Assembly: GCA_025558095.1 (NCBI GenBank)
Contig: JAIVFI010000008.1
Span: 62,001 to 126,000 of the forward strand
From: Hyaloraphidium curvatum SAG 235-1
Lineage: Eukaryota > Fungi > Monoblepharomycota
Direction of reading: 5' to 3'
DNA length: 64,000 nucleotides
Part shown: piece after piece, positions 10,638 to 20,800 of the stretch
How the letters are laid out: each line of letters starts with the position of its first letter
Numbering within the stretch: position 1 is the stretch's first letter
Notes under the pieces: model-generated
Seen by the model: the letters and a program-made list of their open reading frames with translations, nothing else
The model's database searches: none
What the model was told of the DNA's origin: nothing
Translations under genes and position numbers: made by a program

Positions 10638-13600
10638 CTACTTGGGCACGAGCGCAAACACACCCCTGAAGTCCCCATCATGCGCCGGCGCCAGGATCCA
10701 CTCCTCCCCCCTCGCCCTGTCCACCGCCGGCCTCCCCAGCACCCCCAGCACGCGCCCCTGCCACCCCAGCGCCTCCCCCGCCGCGCACCACTCCCTCGCC
10801 AGCGCGTCCTCGTGCGGCTGCGACGTCGCGGCGAGCGGTCGCAGGCCGCGCGGGATGCCGTGGCCCTTGGTGGTGGGCATGAGCCGGTCGGCCGTGGCCG
10901 CCACGGCAAGCACGGTGTGGTCCCGCGCCCGCGAGAGGAAGTGCCAATAGAGCGCCCGCTCGCGCCGCAGCTGCGCCGGGTCGGCCGCGCCGTCGGCAAG
11001 CAGCGCCCTGGCCTCGTCGTACCGCCGGCGGTGCACGAGCAGCCGCGCGTAGGCCTCCCTCACCCGGGTGGCGGCCGTCTCCCCGGTCTCCTTCCCCGCG
11101 GAGTGCTCCCGCCACGCGTCCAGGTCCCTCTTGGAGCGGTAGAACTCGCGCACGTCCCACCGCATCACGCTCGGGTCCGAAGACACAGCCCTCCAAGCCT
11201 CGGCGACTCCGTCCGCGATCCGGTACCCGCCTCCCGAGGGCGCCTCCTTCCCCGGGATCGCGAACCTCGCGTTCAGACCCAGCCCGTCCAGGATGGCGGG
11301 CACCAGCGTGCGCACGACCCAGTCCCGCTTCCACGCCTCGGTGCGCACCTGGAAGGGATCGCCGACCTTGGGCCCCTCGCGGACCCAGCGGGTGATGCGG
11401 TCCAGGGAGGCGAGGAAGCGGCGCGAGTTGTCCTCCTGCGGGGTGCCGCGGTACGCGCCCAGCACGGCGTTGCCGAGGGTGTCCAGCACGTCGGGGAGAG
11501 AGTCGGGGAAGGTGGGGCTGACGATTGAGAGGATGGAGGTGAAGAGGGTCTCGGTGGCCGTCAGGCTGCGCGTCGGGGTCGGGGGAGGCACGCTGGGTGA
11601 GACGGCGCCCGGGTCGCCGAGGGCGGAGAAGTTTCCGCGGCGGGGCCGGGTCAGGGCACGGCCGCCGCCGTCCCCGCCGGCCCCGGGCCGCTCGAAATCG
11701 TCCGGCCGCCTGCCGGTGACGATCTCCTCGATCCCTTCGGCGAGCCTGGCCAGCTCCTCGGCGTTGAAGAGGTGCCCCTGCCTCGCCACTTCGCGCCACC
11801 AACGCCCGGCTACCTCCCACCGTCCAGTCCTCCTTGCGTCCTCCACGGCCAACCTCAGAACCGCGGATGTGGCCTTGCTGTTCGGCAGCGAGACGCCCCC
11901 GCGCTCCATCGCCGCCGCGTACGCTTTCCTGGCGTCCCCGGCGAGCCTCGTCTGGGCATGGGTCTGGATGAGCAGCGACGTCGTCCGCTGGTCCCACTGC
12001 ACGCCCCTGCGGTCCATCGCCGCCACCGTGCGATCGTAGGTGTCTCCGGCTTGGTCCCAGATGGCGAACCGCAGGGCCAAATTCCAGCCTTCCGTGTCGG
12101 GTATCCGCACCGGTGGCCGCGCTGCGGCAACGGTCGAGAGCACGTCGGGATCGGTCCCGCGCGCCCGGGCCTCGCAGAAGGCCACCCACTTGGTCAGCCC
12201 CGCCCCGTTCCGCTCCTCCAGGAACGCCTGCACCATCCGCGCGCTCGTGTCCGCCGGCACGGGCCCCTTTTCCTTCCGGGCGAGTAGCATCGCCAGCGCC
12301 GTCCAGTCCCTGGGCTCCTCCCCCGCCGCACCGCACAGCGCCCCGAGCAGCGTCGGCGCGTCGGCCCGCATGCTGTCCGGATCCGGGTACCGCACCCGCG
12401 GCGCGTGCAGCGCCAGCATCGCCGCCAGGGGCGCCATCCAAGCCTCGCCCGCGGACTGGTCGCCCGCCAGGACCTCGCAGTAGTCCAGCGCTGGCTTCAT
12501 CCTGCCCTCGCGAGCGTACGCGAGGAACATCTCTGCCAGGTCCTCGCCGACGGGCGACTCGAGCCCGAGCAGCACCTGCTTGGCCCCGTGGACCCAGCCC
12601 GCCATGGCGAGGGAGCGCAGCTCGAGCGAGGCATCGGCCGCCCTGCCGCCGGGAAGCCCGTCACCCGGCGGGGCCCGCGTCCGGACTGTCCTTGCCGAGA
12701 CGGGGGAGCCGAGCTCCGCGGCGGCCAGGAGCGCGAAACGTGCGGCCAAAGGCCAGTAGACGTGCTTGGGATCGAGCCGCAGGTCGTGGAAGCGGTTGAC
12801 GGCGGCGTTGGAGAGGCCCCGGCGGAGCTGCAGGAGGATGCCGGCGTCGGAAAAGAGGCGGACGCGGGGGTCGAAGGTGGCGGCGGCGCGAGCGAAAAGG
12901 GCGCCGTTGTTGCGGAGCGCGGCGAGGTAGAAGGTGGCGAAGAGAAGGATATCCCGGTCGGCAGCAGGCACGCCTAATAGGCCGAGATCGGAGGCCAGCT
13001 TCTGCGCTGGGCCGCGGTCTAGGTCATCCACGTTGTAGCCGAGCACTTTGCAAGCCTCAAGAGCGGCGAACATGGTCTGCGGGTCCCTGGCCGAGCAGCC
13101 GTGAGCGATGACACCATTGAGATCGGCAAGTGAGGGCTTCAAGCCGATAGCGAGGACGTCTTCCAGTACACGGCGCGAGGCCTCGGAACGAAGCCGCCCG
13201 GGAGCTGCGGTAAGGGGCAGGAACGAGAGGCACTTGAGGAGCAGCGAGTGGGTAAAGAGCTGTGGCGCCGAAGTGAAGAGCGCGACGTAAAGCGCGAATG
13301 GCGTCCGGCCGCCCAACGTCCGTATCGGGACGACGGCAGATCCCGTCGAAGGCAAGGCAGTGGCGGCGGCAACAGTGTTCAGGTGCTTTTCCAGAGCGAC
13401 GACGCCGTCGGACCCCGAGTACTCGGGCGGCCACGAGGGCGACGATGCCTCAGAGTCGGCGACATCGACAACAAAATCCTCTCCGGCACCGTCACCGTCC
13501 GCCGGAAATCGATCCGACGTCCGCCGGCTGGCCCCGTCTGTCTCGACCGGGTCCGGCCACCTCGGGAACGACGAAAGGCAACGCGAACCGACGACAAGAC

Positions 13601-13985
13601 TGTGCCGTGATCCCGAGTGCGGGTCTGGAAAGGGTGTTCTCCGCGCGGCAACAAGAGAAAAGCAGTGGCTCTGCCCGGGCAACCGTGTCCGTGACGCCAG
13701 CGAGGCGATCCCGCGTCGCGCCTGAAGGCGACGAGAAATCAGTCCGCCCTCCGCCTCCGCCTCGACGGGCCGACGAGTGCCATTGCAGCTAGTTTCGCGG
13801 CAAAAACCGCGGCCAGCACAGCTGCGATCCGCTGCGCCGGCGGGACGCGCGGAGCCGGAAGGCGCGGCGGCGGCGCGTCGTGGCGGGGAAAGATCCGCTG
13901 CCGCCGCCGCCTGGGCTCGCCGTCGGCCATTTTCGGAAGCGACTCGCCGGAAACCGCGGCCCGGAACCCGCTGGCAGGGCTGCAT
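10638..13985 (-). CDS. Large helical-repeat (PPR-like) protein, probably mitochondrial
   Basis: 1160-aa ORF with PPR-like units (PDTEGWNLALRFA...MDRRGVQWDQRTTSLLIQTHAQ...PNSKATSAVLRLA; GLKPSLADLNGVI). True start uncertain. Confidence 0.65.
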   Translation of the reverse strand: MQPCQRVPGRGFRRVASENGRRRAQAAAAADLSPPRRAAAAPSGSARPAGAADRSCAGRGFCRETSCNGTRRPVEAEAEGGLISRRLQARRGIASLASRTRLPGQSHCFSLVAARRTPFPDPHSGSRHSLVVGSRCLSSFPRWPDPVETDGASRRTSDRFPADGDGAGEDFVVDVADSEASSPSWPPEYSGSDGVVALEKHLNTVAAATALPSTGSAVVPIRTLGGRTPFALYVALFTSAPQLFTHSLLLKCLSFLPLTAAPGRLRSEASRRVLEDVLAIGLKPSLADLNGVIAHGCSARDPQTMFAALEACKVLGYNVDDLDRGPAQKLASDLGLLGVPAADRDILLFATFYLAALRNNGALFARAAATFDPRVRLFSDAGILLQLRRGLSNAAVNRFHDLRLDPKHVYWPLAARFALLAAAELGSPVSARTVRTRAPPGDGLPGGRAADASLELRSLAMAGWVHGAKQVLLGLESPVGEDLAEMFLAYAREGRMKPALDYCEVLAGDQSAGEAWMAPLAAMLALHAPRVRYPDPDSMRADAPTLLGALCGAAGEEPRDWTALAMLLARKEKGPVPADTSARMVQAFLEERNGAGLTKWVAFCEARARGTDPDVLSTVAAARPPVRIPDTEGWNLALRFAIWDQAGDTYDRTVAAMDRRGVQWDQRTTSLLIQTHAQTRLAGDARKAYAAAMERGGVSLPNSKATSAVLRLAVEDARRTGRWEVAGRWWREVARQGHLFNAEELARLAEGIEEIVTGRRPDDFERPGAGGDGGGRALTRPRRGNFSALGDPGAVSPSVPPPTPTRSLTATETLFTSILSIVSPTFPDSLPDVLDTLGNAVLGAYRGTPQEDNSRRFLASLDRITRWVREGPKVGDPFQVRTEAWKRDWVVRTLVPAILDGLGLNARFAIPGKEAPSGGGYRIADGVAEAWRAVSSDPSVMRWDVREFYRSKRDLDAWREHSAGKETGETAATRVREAYARLLVHRRRYDEARALLADGAADPAQLRRERALYWHFLSRARDHTVLAVAATADRLMPTTKGHGIPRGLRPLAATSQPHEDALAREWCAAGEALGWQGRVLGVLGRPAVDRARGEEWILAPAHDGDFRGVFALVPK

Positions 13986-14134
13986 GGGCCACCGCCGAGT
14001 CGTGATGTTTGGTTGTCCGCCTTCGTCAGACGAAGAGACGAAGGCAAGGCCGCCTCTTCCGGACACGCGAACACCTAGGTAGATCAGAAGTCTGGGCGGT
14101 AGGGTAAAAGGATCAAGCACCCCGATGCTCCACG

Positions 14135-16316
14135 TTATGAAGGCGCCACTGGTGCAGGGTCTCGTCCCTCGCGAGCGACTCTACAACGCCTCAAGTCGCC
14201 CGCACAACCGCCATCATCAGTCCATGCTGGGACCCTATTCTTCCAACACATTGTGCCCGGATTGACGCCAGCCTCCGCGATTCGTCGGTGCGCCCGCGCT
14301 CCTGCGGCCGTTGGCTGCGAGGACATCCTGCATATCCGTCACCCCCAACCCGGACACCTCGAAATCCATGCCAGCCATTCCCTGCCGGGCCAGGTCTTCC
14401 ATCTCCTGCCTCGCCCCATCCGGAAGCTGCGCGAATGATGCACAGGGCATGGAGATAGCCGTGGAGAAAGGCGTTGTCCGTCCGCCGGCGTTCCGGCGGC
14501 CTGATCCCCACCAAGGCTTTCGTTGCCATCTGCGGCGGCAGATGGGAGGGGAGTCCTCGAGAGCAGTTGCGGTTAAGAAGGCCTTGATGATGGGGACCAA
14601 GGGTTCCACGGGTAGGTGCCGAGGACCAAGCACTCAGCCGGCGGTTGAGGACCCGCATGAGCGATGCCCACGCCCACGGCATCTCGAGCAGACTAGGCGG
14701 TAGCCTTTCGACGGCGTCGAGCATGCTCGCCAGCGACTTCCTCGTCTGGAACAACTCGGTCAGGATGGGGCGTAGCTTGATTCTGTCCGGTGTTTCCTGC
14801 CTCTGGCACCGCCGACCACAGCTCGGCCACCGCAGCCGCGTCGCCGCGCTTGGCGGCGAGTTTCAGCGTCCTCGACCACATGGCAGGAAATTATTGTACC
14901 CCCATTTCCGAGATCTTTTGTATGACGTCCTTGGCCTCCTGGGTGGTCGAGTCCGGGCCGACGATGGAAGCAAACAGAGTGAGCAAAACGCGCCGGTCGG
15001 TGTGCTTTCCCAGCTCCTTCAGGGCCGCAAAGTGCCCCGTGGCAAGGTCCGCGCGACCCCACGTCGCTTGGGCCCGCATGAGAGGCATCCTATGGTGCTC
15101 ATTTAGTTCCACGCCTCGTGCAGCCATGTCGGTCTCCAGAGCGTGGATCGTCTCCATGTCATCGCGCAAGAAAGCGTCTTTCATGAGCGCGGCGTACGAG
15201 TGGCTCAGGGAGGGCGGGTTGCGGAGAAAAGCCGGCTCCGCACGCAACATATCGAAAGCAGCTCTGCCAAGCGCGAGTGTCGGTTATGCACGAGGGCGAA
15301 CAATATAGGGCTGCAGCGGAATCGTCGGCACGTTCCAACAAATCCGTCGAATCTGGCGCATACAGACGCATGTCCGCGGCGAAAAGCCTGGTTGCCGGGT
15401 AGCCTTCAAGGTCTTCGCAAGAAGAACGGGTGGCCGCCCGGATAACATTGACAAACCACGAGACAACCAAGGGCGGCAATGTCGTGTTCGCCTCGCGGGT
15501 CGTGGCGTGATAAAGCACGCCCAAGAACGCCGTGTAGTTGCCGGTCCTGGCAATGTTGTCCAGCAGGAGGAACAGTGATGACGCAACTGACCCGCCAGAG
15601 GAATGCACGAAATCGATCCCTCTGACACATTCCGCATGATCACTGGTCCGGCGAACGCTAGAAGAGATGAATATTGATTCCCGCGGCCGTACCCACTTGA
15701 CCTCCCATCTGATGAGCAGGTACGATTTCACGGCGCCTTCGCCCGGCCGGATGCCGGCTTCGGCGGCGGCTCTCATGACCTGTTCCGCCCGCCGGGCAAC
15801 ATTTCTCGCTCGATTGCGTAGCCAGGGCGACAGGTGCCCCTTCGCCTTGAACTCTGCAGAGACGCTCTGGCTCACGAAGTGGGTGACCACGAAGACCACG
15901 TGGTCGACCTCCTATTCGGTGAGCCCCTCTGCAGAGCCCAGCGCACAGAAACTCTCCCAAACGTCCGACGTAAGGGTTGCGAGGGTTACCCCGGACGCTT
16001 TGCCCCGTTTGATGGTTTCCACGGGTTCGCGGAAGCGCGCCAGCGCGGCGGTACGGTCTGCGGGGCCACTGTCGCTGCCCATGCGACCATGCCTCGCGTC
16101 GTCCGAGCGTTCAGAAGCTTTTTCCGAGAACGGGCGGAGCGGTGCCTGCGGCCGGCACGATCCGGGTGGTCCGGCGCAAGAGCTTCCAGTCAAGGGAGCC
16201 AGATGAAGCCGGGGCAGGTCCCATGCCCCAACGGCCGCCCAGGCCTCGTTCAAAACGCGTGTGGCGGTAGCGAGGAGTGTGCTGGAGCCCCGCGGAAGGC
16301 CTCTGGCGCCCAGCAT
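14135..16316 (-). pseudogene. Disrupted PPR-family gene, paralog of the gene at 1-520
   Basis: In-frame TAG at 15912-15914 where the paralog encodes Ser; in-frame TAA at 14891-14893 inside a PPR unit (EMGVQ*FPAMWSRTLK); several frame changes. PPR-like text SYAALMKDAFLRDDMETIHALETDMAARGVELN. Confidence 0.7.
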
Positions 16317-16426
16317 GTCGCGCAGCGCCTCTGTTTACAAAAGTTGTCAGTTCTTGATCGTTCCCGCAATCCGCAGAACGAAATCGCCTCGTGACTTCGG
16401 CCCCGGACGTCCATTTCCCTACCATC

Positions 16427-17386
16427 ATGGCTCCGAATCTTCTTAACGCGTCGCGCTTCGCGCATCGAGCTCTGCTCGCCCCTCTGCCGCGTCTCCAGTG
16501 TGTTCCCGGCCAGTGTCTCCCCGCCCCACCGCGCCTTCCCGGCTCCGCGGGCAGCTTTGCCACGCGTCACCCGCCGCCCGCCGAAGAACCTTGCGCGACG
16601 ACCACCGTCTCGCGCTCCTTCGGCGGCCGCGTCGCGGTGCTCACCCTCTCGAACCCCCGCAAGCGCAACGCCGTGACGCCGGGGATGCTGGCCGCCCTCT
16701 CTTCGCACCTCGAATCCATCGGCACGGACTCGTCCCTCCGAGCGGTCGTGCTGCGGGGCGAGTCGCCGTCCTTCTGCGCCGGCGCCTTCCTGCCGGTGCT
16801 CTCCTCCCTCGACGCCGGCACCGCCCGCACCTTCATCACCTCGATCCACCGGGCCTGCAAGCTGATCCGCACCATCCCGCTGCCGGTCCTGGCCTCGATC
16901 GACGGGCCCTGCATCGGGGCGGGGATGGAGCTGGCGGCGGCGTGCGATTCCCGCGTCGCCACCAGGCGCTCGAACTTTGCCATGCCCGAGGTGCGCGTGG
17001 GCGTGCCGAGCGTCGTCGAAGCAGCGCTGCTGCCCGGGCTGATCGGGTGGGGGAGGACGAGGAGGCTGCTGCTGACGGGCGAGGTCGTCAGCGCCGAGGC
17101 GGTGGAGCGCTGGGGTTTCCTGGACGCGCTGGTGGAGGACGCCGACGGACTGAGGGAGGAGGAGGCCAAGTTCCTCGAAGCGGTCCTGGAATCAGCGCCC
17201 CAGGCCGTGGCCAACCAGAAAAGGCTCCTGGGCCAGTGGGAGGCGTCCTTCGGGGCGGACGAGGCCATCGAGGCGGGAATCGGGGCGTTCGTGGAAGCCT
17301 ACGGCACGGACGAGCCGCAGAAGTACATCCAGAAGGTGTTTTTCGACCGCAAGGCCGGCAAGTCTACGAGAAACAGTCTTCTTTAA
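16427..17386 (+). CDS. Enoyl-CoA hydratase/isomerase (crotonase) family, intronless, with presequence-like N-terminus
   Basis: LTLSNPRKRNAV, FCAGA, IDGPCIGAGMELAAACD, FAMPEVRVG, LLLTGE. Confidence 0.92.
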   Translation: MAPNLLNASRFAHRALLAPLPRLQCVPGQCLPAPPRLPGSAGSFATRHPPPAEEPCATTTVSRSFGGRVAVLTLSNPRKRNAVTPGMLAALSSHLESIGTDSSLRAVVLRGESPSFCAGAFLPVLSSLDAGTARTFITSIHRACKLIRTIPLPVLASIDGPCIGAGMELAAACDSRVATRRSNFAMPEVRVGVPSVVEAALLPGLIGWGRTRRLLLTGEVVSAEAVERWGFLDALVEDADGLREEEAKFLEAVLESAPQAVANQKRLLGQWEASFGADEAIEAGIGAFVEAYGTDEPQKYIQKVFFDRKAGKSTRNSLL

Positions 17387-17896
17387 TCCGCGCGCAACAG
17401 GAAGAAGTTCCTTTCATAGTGTTTTCAGTTGGATGGCGAATGTACACACGAGTCAGATCGACAACCGCGAGGCTCGGCGGCGCCGCCGCGGGGACCCAAT
17501 CTGACACAACGAGCCCATTCCCACCCGCCGCGCATCGGATCGACGGCGGACGTGAGTGCCGGGTGCTTCATAGCGTCGGCGATGCCGTCGGCTGCGCCGT
17601 GCCATCGCTTGCCGGGGTTTCGGGGCGCCGCCGGGTGCCTCCGTCGTGGACGTCGGCCGGCCCCGCTGCACGCCGCTGGCGCGAGTTGTCGCCTGCCTGC
17701 CCGTCGGATTGGGCGCGGCGTGCTCAGCTTGCCTCGGGGAGGGCCTTTTGGGGCTTGTTTCCGCGGCGCCTCGGCGGGAGCGCCGGCTCGTCCGCATGGC
17801 CGCTCCGGGGACCCCCATTGCATCGTGCTCACCCGCCGCCGCCGCCGCAGGTTTTTGCTCCGAATCGATTTCAAGTGGTCTTCCGACACCGTTCCG

Positions 17897-20800
17897 ATGG
17901 CGTCGGGCGATGCCCAAGCGCCGCCCGTGGTCGGCGGAGGGGCCGCGGCCTCGGTGCCCGTCGTCGGGCCGGCCGCTGCTCTCCCTGCGCACGCCGGCGC
18001 CGTGGACGCCGAGGGACAAAGGTTACGGCCTCTGACTGTGCGAGAGGTGCTCAGTGACTGCCGCGAACATCGCAACGGGCGTCGCGATTGGACCAAGGTG
18101 CTCGCCGACTTCGGGCAGTTGGTGCCCGGCGAGGCGAGAAGGCCCAGGAGGCGCCTCGTGTCCCGCGACCTGCAGCGCGCCATGGTGGCTGCCGCCGAGC
18201 AGTCGGCCCAGTCGGAGGTGGTCAACAAGGACTGTTTCGCGGCTGTTGTTGCCGGCACTGCGCCCAGTCGCATGCAGGAACTTGAAACGGCCTACGCGAC
18301 GACGTGCATCGACCTTCTCAGGCGGCAGCTTCGCGTACGGCGCGACAAGTGGCGCAAGGCCGTCGAGCGCGAGCGCCGCGAGGCCGCGAGGCAGGCGCGG
18401 CTGGAGAAGCTCGATGCCAGTCGCAGGGGAGTAGAGGGAGTCGCCGGGGACGAGGTCGACGCGATGCAGGCCGACGCGGACGCCTGGCTGCCCTACTTGA
18501 AGGACCGCGCGGGGTTTGCGGCCGGCGAGCGGGCGCGAGCGCGTTGGCGGGGCCACTGCTGGGCGGCCCGCGACGGGGCGTGTCGTGCAGCTGGAAACGT
18601 CGCGGCCGCGGCCGTCGCCTGCACCCTCGTGATCCTCGGCGCCGTCTTGCTGCAGCGCGTGGACTGGACCCCCGTCGCGGGCGCCGCCAAGTCGGCCTGG
18701 AAGCTCCTCCTCGCCGCACTCCCGGCCATGCTCATTTTTGCCGTCTGCCTCGGCGTATTCGGCCTCCTCGACGTCATCACCCACTCTGGACGACAGCACG
18801 CCGGCTTCTTCGTGCCCAGCTCGCGGCCGCCGGCACCCACAACTCCGTTGGCCTCTCCACCGGTGAGCTGCGTTGCTGTGCTGCGCCGTCAACCGGAAAC
18901 TGACTCGTTAAAGTCTCCACCGCCCCGCGAATCCTCCCTTTCGCCGCCGCAGACTCCATCTCCGAGCCCGCCCTCGCCCAACCCCTTCGAGCTGCTCGGC
19001 CTGATCGACGCGCCCCCTGCGAGCTTGGGGGACTGGTTGACTCGTGGGTTCCCACTGACACACCCAGACCTCGGGGTCCGCTGTTGATAGCATCTGACTT
19101 GCTCGACTCGCTGCAGGCGAGGAACGCATATTCTTCGTGCTCGCCGCTGCTGGACTCCGTCTCGACCGTCGTCTTTTCTCCATCGAGAGTCACCCTGCTC
19201 GCGCCGGGCACCCTCCTGGCTACGGCTGCAGCGACCACGGCTGCGGCAACGACCACGGCTGTACCCACAAGGCCGACCTGGAAGCGGCGCGCGCGGACGA
19301 GTGGCTCGCCGGGTGCGTATCTCCGACGAACCCGCGCCCAAGGCGCCGGAACCAGCGGATCAAGCCCGACTTTGGCCGCCCGGCGCCCCGCCAACCGCAC
19401 CGCCCGCGTGCACCCGATCCTCCTCTCCCGCGTCCCGAGCACAACCTGGACGGACCCCTCCCGCGCCTGGAGGACGACGACGTCTTCGAGATCGACATCG
19501 TGCCGCCGTCGGACGAGCGCGCACCTCCCCTGCGCCTCGCCGTGCGGCCAAATGATACCCTGGCGGACGTCAAGGTCAGCAGATCCGGAATGCCGCATCG
19601 GATTGCAGCTGACACTTCTCCTCTCTACCCAACAGGTCCTTATTGCGCATCGGTGGAAGGCACGCGTGTCTACCCTCGCCCTCTTCTCCGAACCGCGGTG
19701 CCATTCCGAGCTCGTGGACTCGGCTTCCTTGGAACAGCACGGCATCACCTCCGGCTCGGTGCTGCACGCAAGGCGCGGCCCGCCTCCCGAGCGGGGTCCT
19801 GCATCGCCGCGGCCGTACGATGTGCTTGTGCGGACTTTCCCCGTCACCTGCACGGACGGCAAGTACGAGGTCTCGAAGCTCGTTTCCGTCTCGGTCACCG
19901 CGGACGACCATGTCGCCGACGTCAAGGTCTGTTGGCTTCGTGATCTGGGCATGCACGCCGCTGACGAGCCCTTTTCCTGCAGACCAAGATCGCCGGCCGC
20001 ATCGGCGTCTCCCCGGGCGCATTCTACATGCGGATCAAGGGCGGTCGAATCCTTGCGGACGATCTCTCGCTGCGCGGCCTCCTCGGGCGGGGCGCGGAGC
20101 TCGACGCCTGCGCCAGGCTGCTCGGCGGCGCCCCCAGGAAGAAGCAGAGGGTCGCCCCCGGCGACGAGGCCAACGACGACGATGCCATGCCGGCCGCCGG
20201 ACCTTCGGGCGCACCTCCCGTGGCACCTCAACCCGCACCCGCGTCTCCGCCCGCAAGCAGCGGCGGGCGACGCACCAGGGCCCGGGCTCGCGTGGAGGAG
20301 GCGGAGCAGCAGGCCGCCGCCGCCGAGGCACGCGCTCGGCCTCGGAACTCCAGCCCGAGGGGCGAGGCCAGAGTCAAGTTGCCGGAGCTGGGCACCAAGG
20401 GGGCCGAGGTGGCCCGCAGGGGCAAGGCGGACGGCAGACGGAGCCTCGGGGGCCTTACCGAGGGCGAGGTCAGCAACATTGGCGGCAAGGGCGGCGCCGG
20501 CAAGGCCGACACCAACGCCACCATCCGGCCCACCGTCGTCCGCTTCCACAGCGGGGCAAGCTACAGGCAGCAGTTCGAGGACGCGCTCGCACGCCGCCGC
20601 GTGGCCTACGACCGCGTCGACTACTACGTTGACGGCCCCGTCGTCCTGTACCAGATCGTGGGCAGTGACCGGCCCGAGGCGGTGCGGGCGAGGCAGGCCA
20701 TGGCGCCGCTGCTCTTTGGGGAGCGCAGGAACATGAGCCTGCCGGCGGACAACGCCGCTCTGGCGCGGCTGGTGGACGATTCGCTGGCCGCGCTCGCCGA

